Below, one piece after another: positions 24,270 through 36,138 of a stretch of 64,000 bases of DNA (position 1 is its first letter; every line of letters begins with the position of its first letter). The notes below the pieces were generated by a model, which saw only the letters and a program-made list of their open reading frames with translations, searched no databases and was not told where the DNA came from. The DNA lies in contig CDMY01000708.1 of the NCBI GenBank assembly GCA_001179505.1, positions 62,001 to 126,000 on the forward strand. Reading direction: 5' to 3'. The DNA comes from Vitrella brassicaformis CCMP3155 (Eukaryota > Protista > Chromerida). A program made the translations under genes and the position numbers.

Positions 24270-25420
24270 AAAAGATGGAGAGAGATGCGTGTCGCGAGAA
24301 GAGCCCCTGTCTACGCCTATGCCACCCGCCTCCTCGTTCCATCTCATCTGCCACCCCTTCTCTCTTTGCGCCCTTCGTCTCAGATCTCAGTCCATCTCTG
24401 CTGCGAACTACCAGTGCCGAGTGCTGCCAAGTGCTGCATCGGAAAAGACAACAGAATCAGCTCCCGCCATCATGACGAAGGTGCCTCTGTTGACTTTCGC
24501 CCTCGCCATCTCGGCCGTGTCTTCGGTGAGGGCTGAGGACCTCACACTCCTCTGTGTGTGTCTTTAACTGATGCGTGGCTGTTCTCTGTCAGGCCCCGCC
24601 CGCCCTTCGCGGGCTGCAACTTGGAGGGATGGCCGATCGACAAGCTGCCAGCGACGGAGATGGGGAGAAACGCCGACTGCAATTTGGCAGCCCAAGGGAT
24701 GACATGAATCGGGCCGTGAATCGGGCCGCTAATGATATGAAGCGAGCGGCTGAGGACATGGTGAATCGAGCGGCTGAGGAAGACGTCGGATGGCCAGATG
24801 ACGAGTCCCTGGATGAGATCATCGACGGCCCAGGTGCCAGTGGCGACGACTGGGAGAAACGCAGACTGCAATTTGGATTTGCGAATCGAGTGAAGCGAGC
24901 GGCTGAGCGAGCGGCTGAGGAAGACAACGGATGGCCAGATGATGAGTCCCTGGATGAGATCATCGATAGGCCCGATGATGACTATACTCCTTCCTGCGCG
25001 GACCTGGAGGAAGTTGGTCTTGCCCCCGAATTCTGTTGATGATCTGCTCGATGGGGGTGGGCGAGACGACGACTGGCCAGACCCTGATGTGCCTTTCAAC
25101 TGCAATTCGGATGGGCCAGACGGGCCATGGTGGCAAAATACGCCATGATGGCAGAATACGAGATGATTTGGGTGGTCGCAGAGGGGGATCGGTTTGTGTA
25201 TGCTCTTATTAGCGATTTACTCGTGCCGACGAGTCAGTCGGCGGGGCCTTAGTTCTTTGTGAAGCGCGTGTCGTTGTTTGATGTGTCTGTCTGTTCGTGT
25301 GCGTGTGGCAATCGTAAGGAAGCAAACAGCTGGCCTTTTCTCGTGTGAGCGTTTGTACTGCCGTCTTCGTCAGTTTATGAAAAAAAACCGCAGAATGCAT
25401 GATTGACATGTTCTCGTGTG
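24270..25420 (+). repeat. Arm B of the inverted duplication
   Basis: See arm A. Boundaries approximate. Confidence 0.9.
24472..25039 (+). CDS. Secreted repeat-containing peptide precursor, paralog B (2 exons: 24472-24525 and 24593-25039; 166 aa)
   Basis: MTKVPLLTFALAISAVSS, same intron position as paralog A, APPALRGLQ, two EKRRLQFG, two KRAAE, two GWPDDESLDEIID. Confidence 0.85.
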
Positions 25421-26867
25421 TTGGTACTGCTATCCTCGTCAGTCAGAACAGGCCTCAGGATAGGCAGTCAGGATGTGCGTGTGCGTGTCTGCGTGTGTTG
25501 TGTGCCAGAGAGAGTGAGAGGGGCGTGGGAGCCCTCCAAGTCCATTGGCTATGTGTGAGTTGGGTGGGTGGGTGGGTGGGTTCGTTTCGGGACTGAGGCT
25601 GCGGATGAATGAATGAATGGTCATGCGTTGCAGACAGTGTGAAGCACCCACGGCGCACTCACACATGTACAGCCCATCACGGACACCTATTGAGTATCTG
25701 CTCACGTGCTCGGGAAACTAAGCTGATGCACCCATCGCTCTCCACGGAGGGAGGTCTTCCGTGTTGTTCGCGCTCTCTCCCTCTGTAACGTGCGTTGGCT
25801 CAGTTTCTTTTGATGGCCGTGGCTTCTCGCAAGCGATGGCTTTCTTTCGCTTTGACTGCGCACAAAGTGATCGGGAATGACCCGTTTACACGGTGACCTT
25901 CAGCCCAACAAAGGCCCAGCACTGGGAAGCACCCTCCTGACTCGACTCAGCAGTGCAAGGGTGGGAGACCATAAGGGAGAAGAGACGCGTGTGGCTGCCG
26001 ACAGCCGAGAAGAGCGAATGGACGTCAGCAGACAAGAAAGAGAGCGGAGGACGAGGGGACTTGCGAAAAGCCGGACGTCATCTGCTATGGCGCAAAAAGA
26101 CGGAGACGCCCCCGACAATAAGGACGATCAACGAGGACGAAGACCTCCAACTGCGAAGGTCTGACGGCTGTCCGGAAAGCGAAATGCGTGTGCGGCGAGA
26201 TTTTTGCGAGCTGAGACGGAGACAAAAGTGATTTACAAACTCGCATTCCATTTTCCCCATGTTTCGTCCGCGTTCGGCTTTCCAGCCTTGTTTCCGCCAC
26301 AGATCCTCCCTTTCTTTTTCTTTTCGGCTGGCTGTTGGCTTGTGTTGTCCGCCACATCTCCCTCTACCTCTCCCAACTCGTCCGGAGTTCAACCGCCACT
26401 TTTCTCCTCCATCGCCGTTGCCCCGGGCGAGGCCTCGCCTGGTGGCGCCCTGCCTTCTTTGGAGCGGCTAGCGACTCCCTGGCGCCTCCCGTGTGCGCAG
26501 GCGCCTTCTTTTCGCATATACCGATCTCCAACAGGTGAGTACATATCAGTGTGGTCTCGTGAGCAAATGTCTCTTGGGTGTGGTGATGGTTTGGTGTGTG
26601 GATGATGTGTAGGGATGAAGGCATGCTGCATTTCGGTGCCATGGGTGTGCTGAGGTCAGCAAACAAGGAGGAGGCTCCTAGTTCTCTGACGTGTAAAAGA
26701 GGAGAGAGAGAGCCGAATTTTCCGCCGACGAGGTCGAGGGCTTTTTGGAGATGGGAGCACTGCAGTACTGCGGTGGTGGCTCCTCAACGTCGTCAACAAT
26801 TGCATCACCTGCGCAAGTACCTAAGAGCTCGGTCACCTGCTGTCGCGTGACCTTTCTTCTCTCTTCA

Positions 26868-26925
26868 GGCGCCTCCAGCTCGTCAAGCAGCCGCTTCCTC
26901 TCCCCGCAATCTCCTGCAGCCACAG
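26868..26925 (-). pseudogene. Frameshifted remnant of the last exon of the MED22-like gene
   Basis: Reverse complement ggctgcaggagattgcggggagaggaagcggctgcttgacgagctggaggcg versus the intact gene ggctgcaggagattgaaggggagaggaagtggctggttgacgagttggaggcg (1-nt deletion). Confidence 0.75.
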
Positions 26926-27027
26926 CAGCGGTTTTAGGGAGCACCGATATCACGAGGATGTCCACAGTTTGAAATTCCACCGTCAGTTTCGTTTGTTTTT
27001 CGTTCTAGGATCGCACGAGTGCATGAG

Positions 27028-27555
27028 ATGATGGACAGCATCAACGGTGACGCCGACGAGCCAAAGTGAGCAATGCATTCCCACGCGCACGGCAAATACG
27101 TACCTACTACGTGATTTGTTCGGTCAGGGCGAAGCGCCGACACAGAGAGGACCAGCGGTCGTCTGACGGCTCTACATGCGGTGAGCGGTGTGGAATTGAC
27201 GCCCGAGGATGCTCACACACACCAATGGCCCGTTTGCAGTGCATGGAATATGTGAATGGGCTCGGTGTGCGTGTGTGTGTGTGCAGATGCCACCGACGTC
27301 AAGCTCCTGAAGTACCACTGCGACAGCTGCCACGTCAACTTCTCATCATCAGTCCGAGTGAAATGCGCCGAGTGCAAGAACCTCGACCTTTGCGTTGAGT
27401 GTTTCTCGAGGGGCATCGAGAAAGGCGAGCACAAGAGCTGGCGAACGCGGCAACGAACTCACGCGGCACACATGCGACGCCACGAGAGTGTCCACCGTGG
27501 ATACTTCCACGGTCAGTTTTTTTGTTTGTCGCTCCGCGATCGCACAGGTGCATAA
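27028..27555 (+). CDS. ADA2 5'-end duplicate 1: possible ZZ-finger-only microprotein (or pseudogene)
   Basis: Three exons with intact splice sites and frame: MMDSINGDADEPKAKRRH..YHCDSC..KCAECKNLDLCVECFSRG..EHKSWR. Runs into the next repeat unit and stops at 27555. Confidence 0.55.
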
Positions 27556-27556
27556 C

Positions 27557-28345
27557 ATGATGGACGCCGACTGCGAAGAGCCGAAGTGAGCAATGCATTC
27601 CCACATGCACGGCAAATACGCACCTGCTCAGTCACCTCGGTGGACATCGATATATTTGCGTGATTTCTTCTTGGTCAGGCCGAAAAGAAGCCGTCAGGGA
27701 GAGGGTCCCAGCTCCTCTGACGGCTCCCTCTGCGGTGAGCGGTGGGGAATGGGCGCCCGAGAATGCTCACACACACAAATGGCCCGTTTGCAGTGCATGG
27801 AATATGTGAATGGGCTCGGTGTGCGTGTGTGTGTGTGTGCAGGCACCGACGACGTGAAGCTGCTCAAGTATCATTGTGACGCTTGTCACAGCAGCTTCAC
27901 GTCGTCGGTCCGGATTACGTGCGCCCAGTGCCACAATTTCGATCTGTGTGTCGAATGCTTTTCGCGCGGCGTCGAGCGCGGCCAGCACAAGAACACACAC
28001 AAATACTATGTCCTGATAAGACTCACAGACAGACAGACAGACAGCATCAAGAGGCAGACAGAGAAAAAGGGCGATATGTCGACATCGACTGGTGATTGGA
28101 ACTGCGTGTGTTGTGCTGTCCAGGCTTCTCAGGTGGTGAGCGGTGTGGAATGGACGCTCGAGGATGGCCTGGACGGCGCATCCGTCTATGACGCCTGCAC
28201 TGGCGGAGGTACCTTGATGAACATTCGGTTCGATGAAGGTGCGTGTGTCTCTCACTCTTGTGTTGTGTTGGGTGTTCGCAGGCCATCAATCGCTGTCTAC
28301 ATTTTATATTCGATAGGAGCAGTTTCAAAGTCACCGCAAAAATGA
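27557..28345 (+). CDS. ADA2 5'-end duplicate 2: ZZ finger with all eight ligands, exon-3 donor mutated (GT to AT); microprotein or pseudogene
   Basis: MMDADCEEPKPKRSRQ..YHCDAC..TCAQCHNFDLCVECFSRGVERGQHKNTHKYYVL. gtcctgataag here versus gtcctggtaag in ADA2. Read-through to stop at 28345. Confidence 0.5.
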
Positions 28346-28480
28346 GAAGCTTTCGCTGTCCCCTCACTGATGGACTGCAACACACAAACACACAACCATG
28401 ACAGACGACAGGAGATCGCCGCAGACAACTTGTATGTATGTGTCTCTGGTCTGTCGGCTGGTGGTGTGTAGTGTCTCGTC

Positions 28481-28587
28481 AACTTCCCTTCGTCGGTCCG
28501 AGTCAAATGCGCCGAGTGCAAGAACTCCGACGTCTGTGTCGAGTGCTTCTCGCGGGGCGTCGAGCGGGGCGAGCACAAGAGCTGGCG
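28481..28587 (+). pseudogene. ADA2 ZZ-exon fragment (copy 3) lacking the first CxxC
   Basis: NFPSSVRVKCAECKNSDVCVECFSRGVERGEHKSWR. Shares the cacaagagctggcg breakpoint with copy 1. Confidence 0.75.
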
Positions 28588-29611
28588 GTGGTGTCTCAGG
28601 TCACGAATCGAATCGCTGCTTGCATTTTATATTCGATGGAGACATCACGCAGTGTTCCAGCCATGCTGCTAAAAGACCATAATGGGGGCGGGTCAACTGG
28701 GAGGGTCTGTGTGCACACTGAATTGTTTTGTTGTTGCCATACTTTTACGCACCCCAGCGATTGGCATGCCTTTTGCCGGAGTGTATTGGCCGGCCACTGT
28801 TGCACACACACTGCAGTGGCAGGGAGTTGTTGCGTCATCGATCTGTTTCTGATGCTGCATGTGACGGAGGTTGGCCTGCGCTCTGTGGATGGGGTGCGTG
28901 TGAGTGCGTGTGTGAATATCTATGGACACGGACAGTTGGATTGAACTGGATGTGTGCGAATTCGCCCACCGTCAGTCAGTGTAATTCACACATGACCTCT
29001 CATTCTCACACATGGCCGGTCATGTGGACGTACACGTACAGATGTCGGCAGACGACACCGCGCCCCTCCATCTCATCTACTCACATTTCGCTGCTGGGCT
29101 GTTCACTGCCAGCACCACCAGTCTACAAATCAACTGACCTACACACACAGACACACACAGACACACACACACACACACAGACGCACACACACACAGACAC
29201 ACACAGACGCACCAATGTCATCGAGGCACTCACTTCTTGCACCTTCAAGTGCACCTTTGTGTATATGTCAATGTCTCTTCCCCACTATGGCTCACTTGTG
29301 TGTGTTTCCTCTAGTGCGGATGAGGTGGGCGAGGCCGTTTTTGGTGAAAGGAGGGTGGGCGAAGGACATCGCGATGGGGTAGTCGTCCTCGATCTCCGCC
29401 TCGGTCGATTAGGAAGAACCGCAGAATGCATGCCACCAACATGTTCCCGTGTGTACATAGGCGTATATATGTGTGTTTCTGTTGTGTCCCAGAAAGAAAG
29501 AGATGGCTCCAAGTCCGTCGGCTGTGTGTAAGTGTGAGTGTGAGCGTATACATAGCTCCGACACTCCACACACTCCCCAACACACACAATACACACCATG
29601 GATGAACACAT

Positions 29612-30113
29612 TCAATGGTCATCGTATTGCTGGAGCGCCTCCAACTCGTCAACCAGCCACTTCCTCTCCCCTTCAATCTCCTGCAGCCGCTTCGGCAGAT
29701 CGTGCAGAGCCTCAGACAGGGACAGATCAGCACACAGCTGCAGCAGCTTGCGGCAAGAATGCATCTAAGCCACGCACGACACACAGACAGAGATGCTGCG
29801 CTGTGTTGTCGCGGTGTTTGCTGCCTCTGCACTTACGATGCTCTCAGCCGAGATCTTGATGAGCAGGTTCTTCTGCAGTGCGTCATTGAGCGCTCCCTCG
29901 GCAGTGTTCAGCTGCAATGCACACACACCACACAGACGCCACAGATCCATTGCTGATGAATCGGATGGCCCGTCCGTGTGGGGCGGATCCTTTTCTCTGC
30001 ACCATTCTCACCTTGAGATGCCTCAGGATGCGCTGATAGCTCTGCACCAGATTCGCCACCAAGGCGTCCACATTTCCATGCGCTCTTTCGCGTAACTCGT
30101 CCTCGTCCTCCAT
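29612..30113 (-). CDS. MED22: Mediator subunit 22-like small protein (3 exons)
   Basis: MEDEDELRERAHGNVDALVANLVQSYQRILRHLK|LNTAEG..LLIKISAESI|MHSCRKLLQLCADLSLSEALHD..EIEGERKWLVDELEAL. The AxxIxxxxxxLLxLxxDL pattern and size fit MED22/SRB6. Confidence 0.6.
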
Positions 30114-30304
30114 CCCCAGCCCTCCTGGACATCCACAATGCCTTCTCGCGCCGCGAGAATACTGCGAGCTTTCAGGCGATCCGAGGAGAAGTGGTGGCAA
30201 CGAACGTAAGGAGGACACATGCAACATCACGAGCGTGTCCACCGTGTTGATTTCCACGGTCAATTTCCCCTGTTTCTCTTTTCGCGATCGCAGGCGTGCG
30301 TGAG

Positions 30305-33300
30305 ATGATGGACACCGCCGACCCCAACGCCGACGAGCCACGGTGAGCAATGCATTCCCACGCGCACGGCAAATACGCACCTACTCAGTCACCCAGAGCG
30401 AACGTCGATGCATTTACGTGATTTGTTCGGTCAGGGCCAAGCGGAGCCGTCAGGGAGAGGACCACCGCTCCTCTGACGGCTCCCTCTGCGGTGAGCGGTG
30501 TGGAATGGACGCCCGAGGATGCTCACACACACCAATGGCCCGTTTGCAGTGCATGGAATATGTGAATGGGCTCCTTGTGTGTGTGTGTGTGTGTGCAGGC
30601 GCCGGCGACGTGAAGCTGCTCAAGTACCACTGTGACTACTGTCACTGCAGCTTCACGTCGTCGGTCCGCATCAAATGCGCCGAGTGCAGGAACATGGACC
30701 TCTGCGTCGAGTGTTTCGCGCGGGGGGTGGAGCGGGGCGATCACAAGAGCAACCACAAGTACTATGTCCTGGTAAGACTCACAGACAGACAGACAGACAG
30801 ACAGACAGCATCACGCCAGAGGCAGACAGAGAAGAAGAGCGGTATAGACATCGACTGGTGATTGGAACTGCGTGTGTTGTGCTGTCCTGTCCGTTGCTTC
30901 ATTCATTCAGGAGCCTCTGTCGCACACGCGCATCCTCTCTCAGGGTGGGTGACCACCTAACCACACACACATACACACAGCCATCCACTGCCCGAGCTCC
31001 GTGTCTCTGCTGACCATGGGCACTCATCGCTGGTGCGTGTGTGTTGCTTATGTCAGACTGGTCGGCCGATGAGGATTGGGCGCTGCTCGAGGGCATTGAG
31101 AAGTTCGGACTCGGCAACTGGCAGGTCAGTTAGTTTGTTTGCTGGATGGACGGCTCGTCGCAGACTCAGAATGAGTGTGTGGTGTTGTCTGTGTTGTGTG
31201 TGCAGGAGATCGCAGACCACATCAACACCATCATTCAGACGTCTCGGCTGGCGAGCGGGAAGGACGCCAAACAGTGCGAGGCCCACTACACCGCCAAGTA
31301 CCTCAAACCCAAGTCGGCGCCCATCCCCGACGCAGACGCGAGCGCACGTGCCCGGGTGAGATGCACAGCGATCACACGATGGATGGATGCTCTTCTTCGC
31401 ATTCATCTGTTTGTGTGTGTGTGTGTGTGCGTGTGCCTGGTGATGATCAGAATGGCACTCAGCCTGCGGACCAGGCGCGTGCCGACGAGGACTTGGCGAT
31501 GAATGGTACGCACACAGACGCAATGCGTTTACACAGAACGCACCCCACCCACCCATCCTTTTCCTGCGTGTGTGTGTGTGGTGCCATCGATCCATCAGAT
31601 GCTGAAAGTGTTGTCAGCCGCGGCGAGAAGCGCAAGCGCGACGACCGCGACTCTGTGGACCAGGACGGCAAGAGCGATCGGGGTCGCGGCGACGCCACGA
31701 GCAAAGTCGGCGGCCGCAGCCAATCGGGGGGACAGGCAGGGACGGGAGGGGGGGCGGGGGCTGGCACGGGGTCACAGCGGCCGCAGGGAGGCGCTACCAA
31801 TGAGAGCAATATCATCGGGTGAGTCGATCGATGTGTGCAGACAGACCACCGATGGGTCGGTGGACCATCCGCCTTACACGTGTGTGTGCTTGTTGATGTG
31901 TGTGTGTGTGTTGTGTGTGCGTCAGGTTCATGCCTAAGCGCGGCGATTTCGACGTCGAGTATGACAACGACGCCGAGCTCATCATCGCTGACATGGAATT
32001 CACCGGTGAGTCGAGTGACTCACCATCCTCCCAACCACGTACCATTCACACGCGGCCCTGCCGCTCACTGACTCGTTTTTTGCTGCAGATGATATGAACC
32101 CCGAGCAGCGCGAGACGCAGCTCAAGGTGCTGGAGGTGTACAACGCCAAGCTCGACGAGAGGCAGCGTCGCAAGAACTTCTTCATCGAAAGGTGTGCACG
32201 CCACCACGCTCACACACAGACACACTTGTACTTGTGCGTGTGTGGGTGCGTGGCTTTCAGGGGTTTGTTGGACATCAAGAAGTTGCAGCAGGAGGAGAAG
32301 AAAAAGCCCAAGGAGGAGCGCGAGCTGTACAACCAACTCAGGCCTCTGATGCGTTTCCACGACCAGGCCTCCCACAACCGTTTCGTATCGGTACACACAC
32401 CACACACACCACAACAACAACAACAACACACACACAGCGGATCTCATGACCTGTGTGTGTGCCCTCCCTATGTAGAATCTGATGGAAGAGCGTCGCCTTC
32501 GGTCTCGGCTGGAGCGGCTGCGTGAGTGGAAGTCACTCGGGCTCGCCTCACTCGACGAGGCACACGTAAGGCAGACACACACACGCGCATATACTGACAT
32601 CCCCGCGTGTGCACATCCTACCGTGTGTGTGTGTGTCTTCAGTCGTTCGAGCAGGAGAAGAAGCGCCGGGACGAGACTCTGAAGGACCTCCCATACATCT
32701 ACGGAGAGGTCAGTCAGTTACCCTGCCAATCAGCCACACTGCACCAACCACACCATCGTCCTTGTGTCATCCATCCCCCATCTTTCAGAGTCAGGCTGCC
32801 CGTCAGGCTCGCCGCAACCAGGCCGCCAAGAGGCCTGCGGACGACGGGCAAGCGCCGCTGCAGGTGAGTGGGTGAGTAGGTGGCTGACTGACAAGACGAC
32901 AAGAGGGCCAGACGATTGGTACATCACACGCCCATACGTGATACATGATTTGTGTGTGTGTTCAGCTGCCGAATCCGTCGGAGCTGGAGCGACTGCCTTG
33001 CGCAAACCTCCTTACACAAAAGGTGGGTCAGCAAGCATCGTGTGGGGGAGGCCAGACAGACGCGTGTGTGGGTGTGTGTGTGTCTATCTGTCAGGAGCGT
33101 GAGTTTTGCGAGAGCATCTCGATGCCCGCGCAGCACTATTTGGTGATCAAGAAGGTCCTCATCGACGAGGCCAAAAAGAGCGGTAAGTGTGGTGGGCGGC
33201 ACAGCACGCAGCGCCGTGGAACGTGCCTTACCCCACCTTACCCTCACCTCACCCACCCACCCACCTCTGTCTTGTCTGTCGACACAGGGCCCATTTCAAG

Positions 33301-34115
33301 AGACGAGGCATCGAAGATCATCCGCCTCAGTAAAGTTCTAAACATCCCCCCACTCCCCTCCCTCCCCCCCACCCCACACACACACACACGGACATTCATG
33401 CTGTGCTGTCTTTGTCCACTGGTTGCCTTGATCATCAGATGTAAACAAGACCGCTCGGCTGTACGACTTCCTCATGGAGTGCAACTGGATCGCCCCTAAC
33501 ACGCAGGCCGTCGAGTACGCCGAGCGCGAGACCGCCCAGCGCGCCATGAGGGACCTCAGCGCCACCTACGAGCACGTCACCTTCAAGCCCGCCCCGTACC
33601 AGGCCCCCCTGCTGCCGCGCGAGCAGGTGATGCCCGGTCCCCCCGCCCCCGCTCGCCACTCCCCCTCTCCCTCCCCCAGTCCCTCTGGCCCGTCTCCCAG
33701 CAACGGCGAGGACGAAGGCGAGGAGGAGGGCGAAGACGTCATGGACGACGATAATGGCGGCGGGGATGACGCAGACGCTGATGCACCTGGCGATGACGAC
33801 ATCGACGAGGGTGACGAGCTGATGCGGTCTGAGCCTGCCGATGACGACGTCATGCCCAACGGGTACCCCCCCAGCAATGGGCGAGAGGCGGAGGGTGATG
33901 GTGAGGGAGAGGGAGAGGCTCCCCCGGTGCACAACGGGGTGGTGAACGGGGTGAGCGACGCTGGTCCGATGGATGGCGGCAAGGAGGACGGCGATGACGA
34001 GATGATGGACGATGGGGAGGTGCATGAGGGCGACGACGCCCCGCCTGATCCAGATGACCTGCCTGAGGAGGGCCCGTTGGCTGAGGACGGCAACGCGGCC
34101 TCGCCGGATGACTGA
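30305..34115 (+). CDS. ADA2: Transcriptional adaptor 2 (SAGA subunit): ZZ, SANT, ADA and SWIRM regions plus acidic tail
   Basis: [102 protein letters not shown]. Confidence 0.95.
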
Positions 34116-34406
34116 GCGACTTTCTCTTTCTTGCTCTCGTGTTGCCTAGCCGTCCATTAAGCTCTCTTTGTATGCTAGGGGGCATTGTGGAGCTTTCACG
34201 CGGGCGGTTGGGGGGGCGGCTGGATGCATGCGTGCTGGGGGCGACCTTGCGAACTTCCTCCTTCATTGTCGTGACTCCCTCACTACTCACTACTGACTGA
34301 CTGACTGACTGACTTGCATGCTCGCTTCGGAGTAATTGCATGGTGAATGCATTGGATCGTGTCCGACGTCAGAGTGCCTACACCACCGTCACCGAGACAG
34401 ACAGGC

Positions 34407-34439
<33 letters not shown>

Positions 34440-34603
34440 CCCCTGCCTCCCCCAGACCAAGCCACTCCCCCTCCCCACCCCGCTCCCCTTCTAGAGAAAC
34501 CACCATGCAGGGGGACACGACGTCCGCCCTCATATACACACCACACACACAGGAAGACAGAAACTGGTGCTACGAAGAAAACCGAGCAGTCAGCCGTGGC
34601 CAC

Positions 34604-36009
34604 TCATTTGCGGAAGAGCCTCCCAGCCGGAGCAGCCCGTGGCGTGTGTGACGGCACAACCGGAGCGCTCGCCCGTCCAGGAATGGCCGCAGGGGCGTTC
34701 TCGCGCTCTGCATGGAAGCAAACAACCACACACAGACCCATGCACCGACCCACCCACGGCTGAAGGTCGGTTCCTGACATCGCACTTACCTCTGTTGGCC
34801 CACGAAGTGACCTGCTCCACAAAGCCGAGGTTGGGGTCCACAGCATGACGCACCTTACGCACCTGCAGACACCAAAGAGCACGTTGTCATGTGAATGGAT
34901 CCATGGCGGCACTTACATACTCACCTCCTCGACTGCCTCGTCGTAGCTCATGCCCTCCACGCGCATGAGGTATGCGATGACGAGCGTGGCTGACCGAGAA
35001 ATGCCGGCCTTGCAGTGGACCAGCACACTGCCCCCATTGTCCAGCGCCCCCTGGATCCATGCAACGGTGCTCTCCAGCACCGACTCGTCCAACACCTGAG
35101 TGCCCTTGTCCTAACACACACACAGACAGACACACAGGCACACAGGCACACAGACACCTATAATGCATGCTGTCGTGTGTGTGTTCGTGTGCGTGTGTCA
35201 GTATTGTTTACCCTGAGGTCGAGTGTGTGGTACTGTATGCGCATATTGGGGTCGTTCTCGAACACGTTTGGACACTCCACAGCAGCGTTCACCACATGAG
35301 ATATGCCGTGACTCAGCAACATCTGCACGGCCAGCCGAAAGGACACAGAGAGGCGCAGCACAGCACGCCATGGCAAGTCGGTCAGCTGGCAACCAGTGTC
35401 TTGCTCTCACCGATTTGTCCTTTGCAACTTCCTCAGATGAAATGTACAGGCGGTCGCGAACTCTGGCACAGTCATATTTGGTCTCTTCCCTCTTCCTCCG
35501 AACGTCCGCGCGACTCGAGTCAGGAGCCTCTGAAGATGCCAACAGACAACAGCCACCAGAATATAGCAGAAAGCAGATGCCCTGTGGTGACCTTCCTCAG
35601 TCCCCTTACCGGCCGCGTCAGTGACCGTTTCGCTGACATCGATAGTGAGTGACCGCATTGGTTTCTTGATGCGCCTGGCCGCCCATCCCCCTGCCGCTGC
35701 TGCGGCATTCGCACCAGTGCGAGACGAGGAGCATGCCGCTCCGGGAGGAGGGCCAGCCTGCAGCATGCACACAACACACAGTCATCCGAGATTGGCCCGC
35801 TCACTCGTTTGTGCGTGTTGAGGGCCGCCCGTCACCTGTGACTCTTCGGGTATGGTCAGGACCTGATCGAGGCTCAGCGTGGATGAGTGGCCGAAGGACG
35901 GAGGCCTTCCGTCGTTGGACGAGGGCATCCCCAGGCGGGAGTCACGCGATGAGTACCGGACGACGACTGCATCCCGCTGAGCTGGACTGCTGATGCCATC
36001 CTCCGCCAT
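34604..36009 (-). CDS. Dual-specificity protein phosphatase (MKP/DSPc-like)
   Basis: [38 protein letters not shown] (CX5R), [17 protein letters not shown]. Basic-hydrophobic segment [12 protein letters not shown] upstream. Confidence 0.92.
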
Positions 36010-36138
36010 CCTTCTTCCCTGGTCGGCGAGAGGTCCAATCGCGCAAGCCCGAGGTGGGGGGCTGCCCCCAGTCTCGCAGTTTCTTCAACTCGAAGAAGGG
36101 CTGTGTCAGTGGGGCTATTGCGCATCCCGTCGCCACTC

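Noticed and set aside
17490-25420. Large inverted repeat as terminal repeats of a composite transposon carrying the LamG and EF-hand genes
   Set aside because: The arms are diverged intron-containing genes with UTRs. No transposase, target-site duplication or sharp termini were seen, so an inverted gene duplication is simpler.
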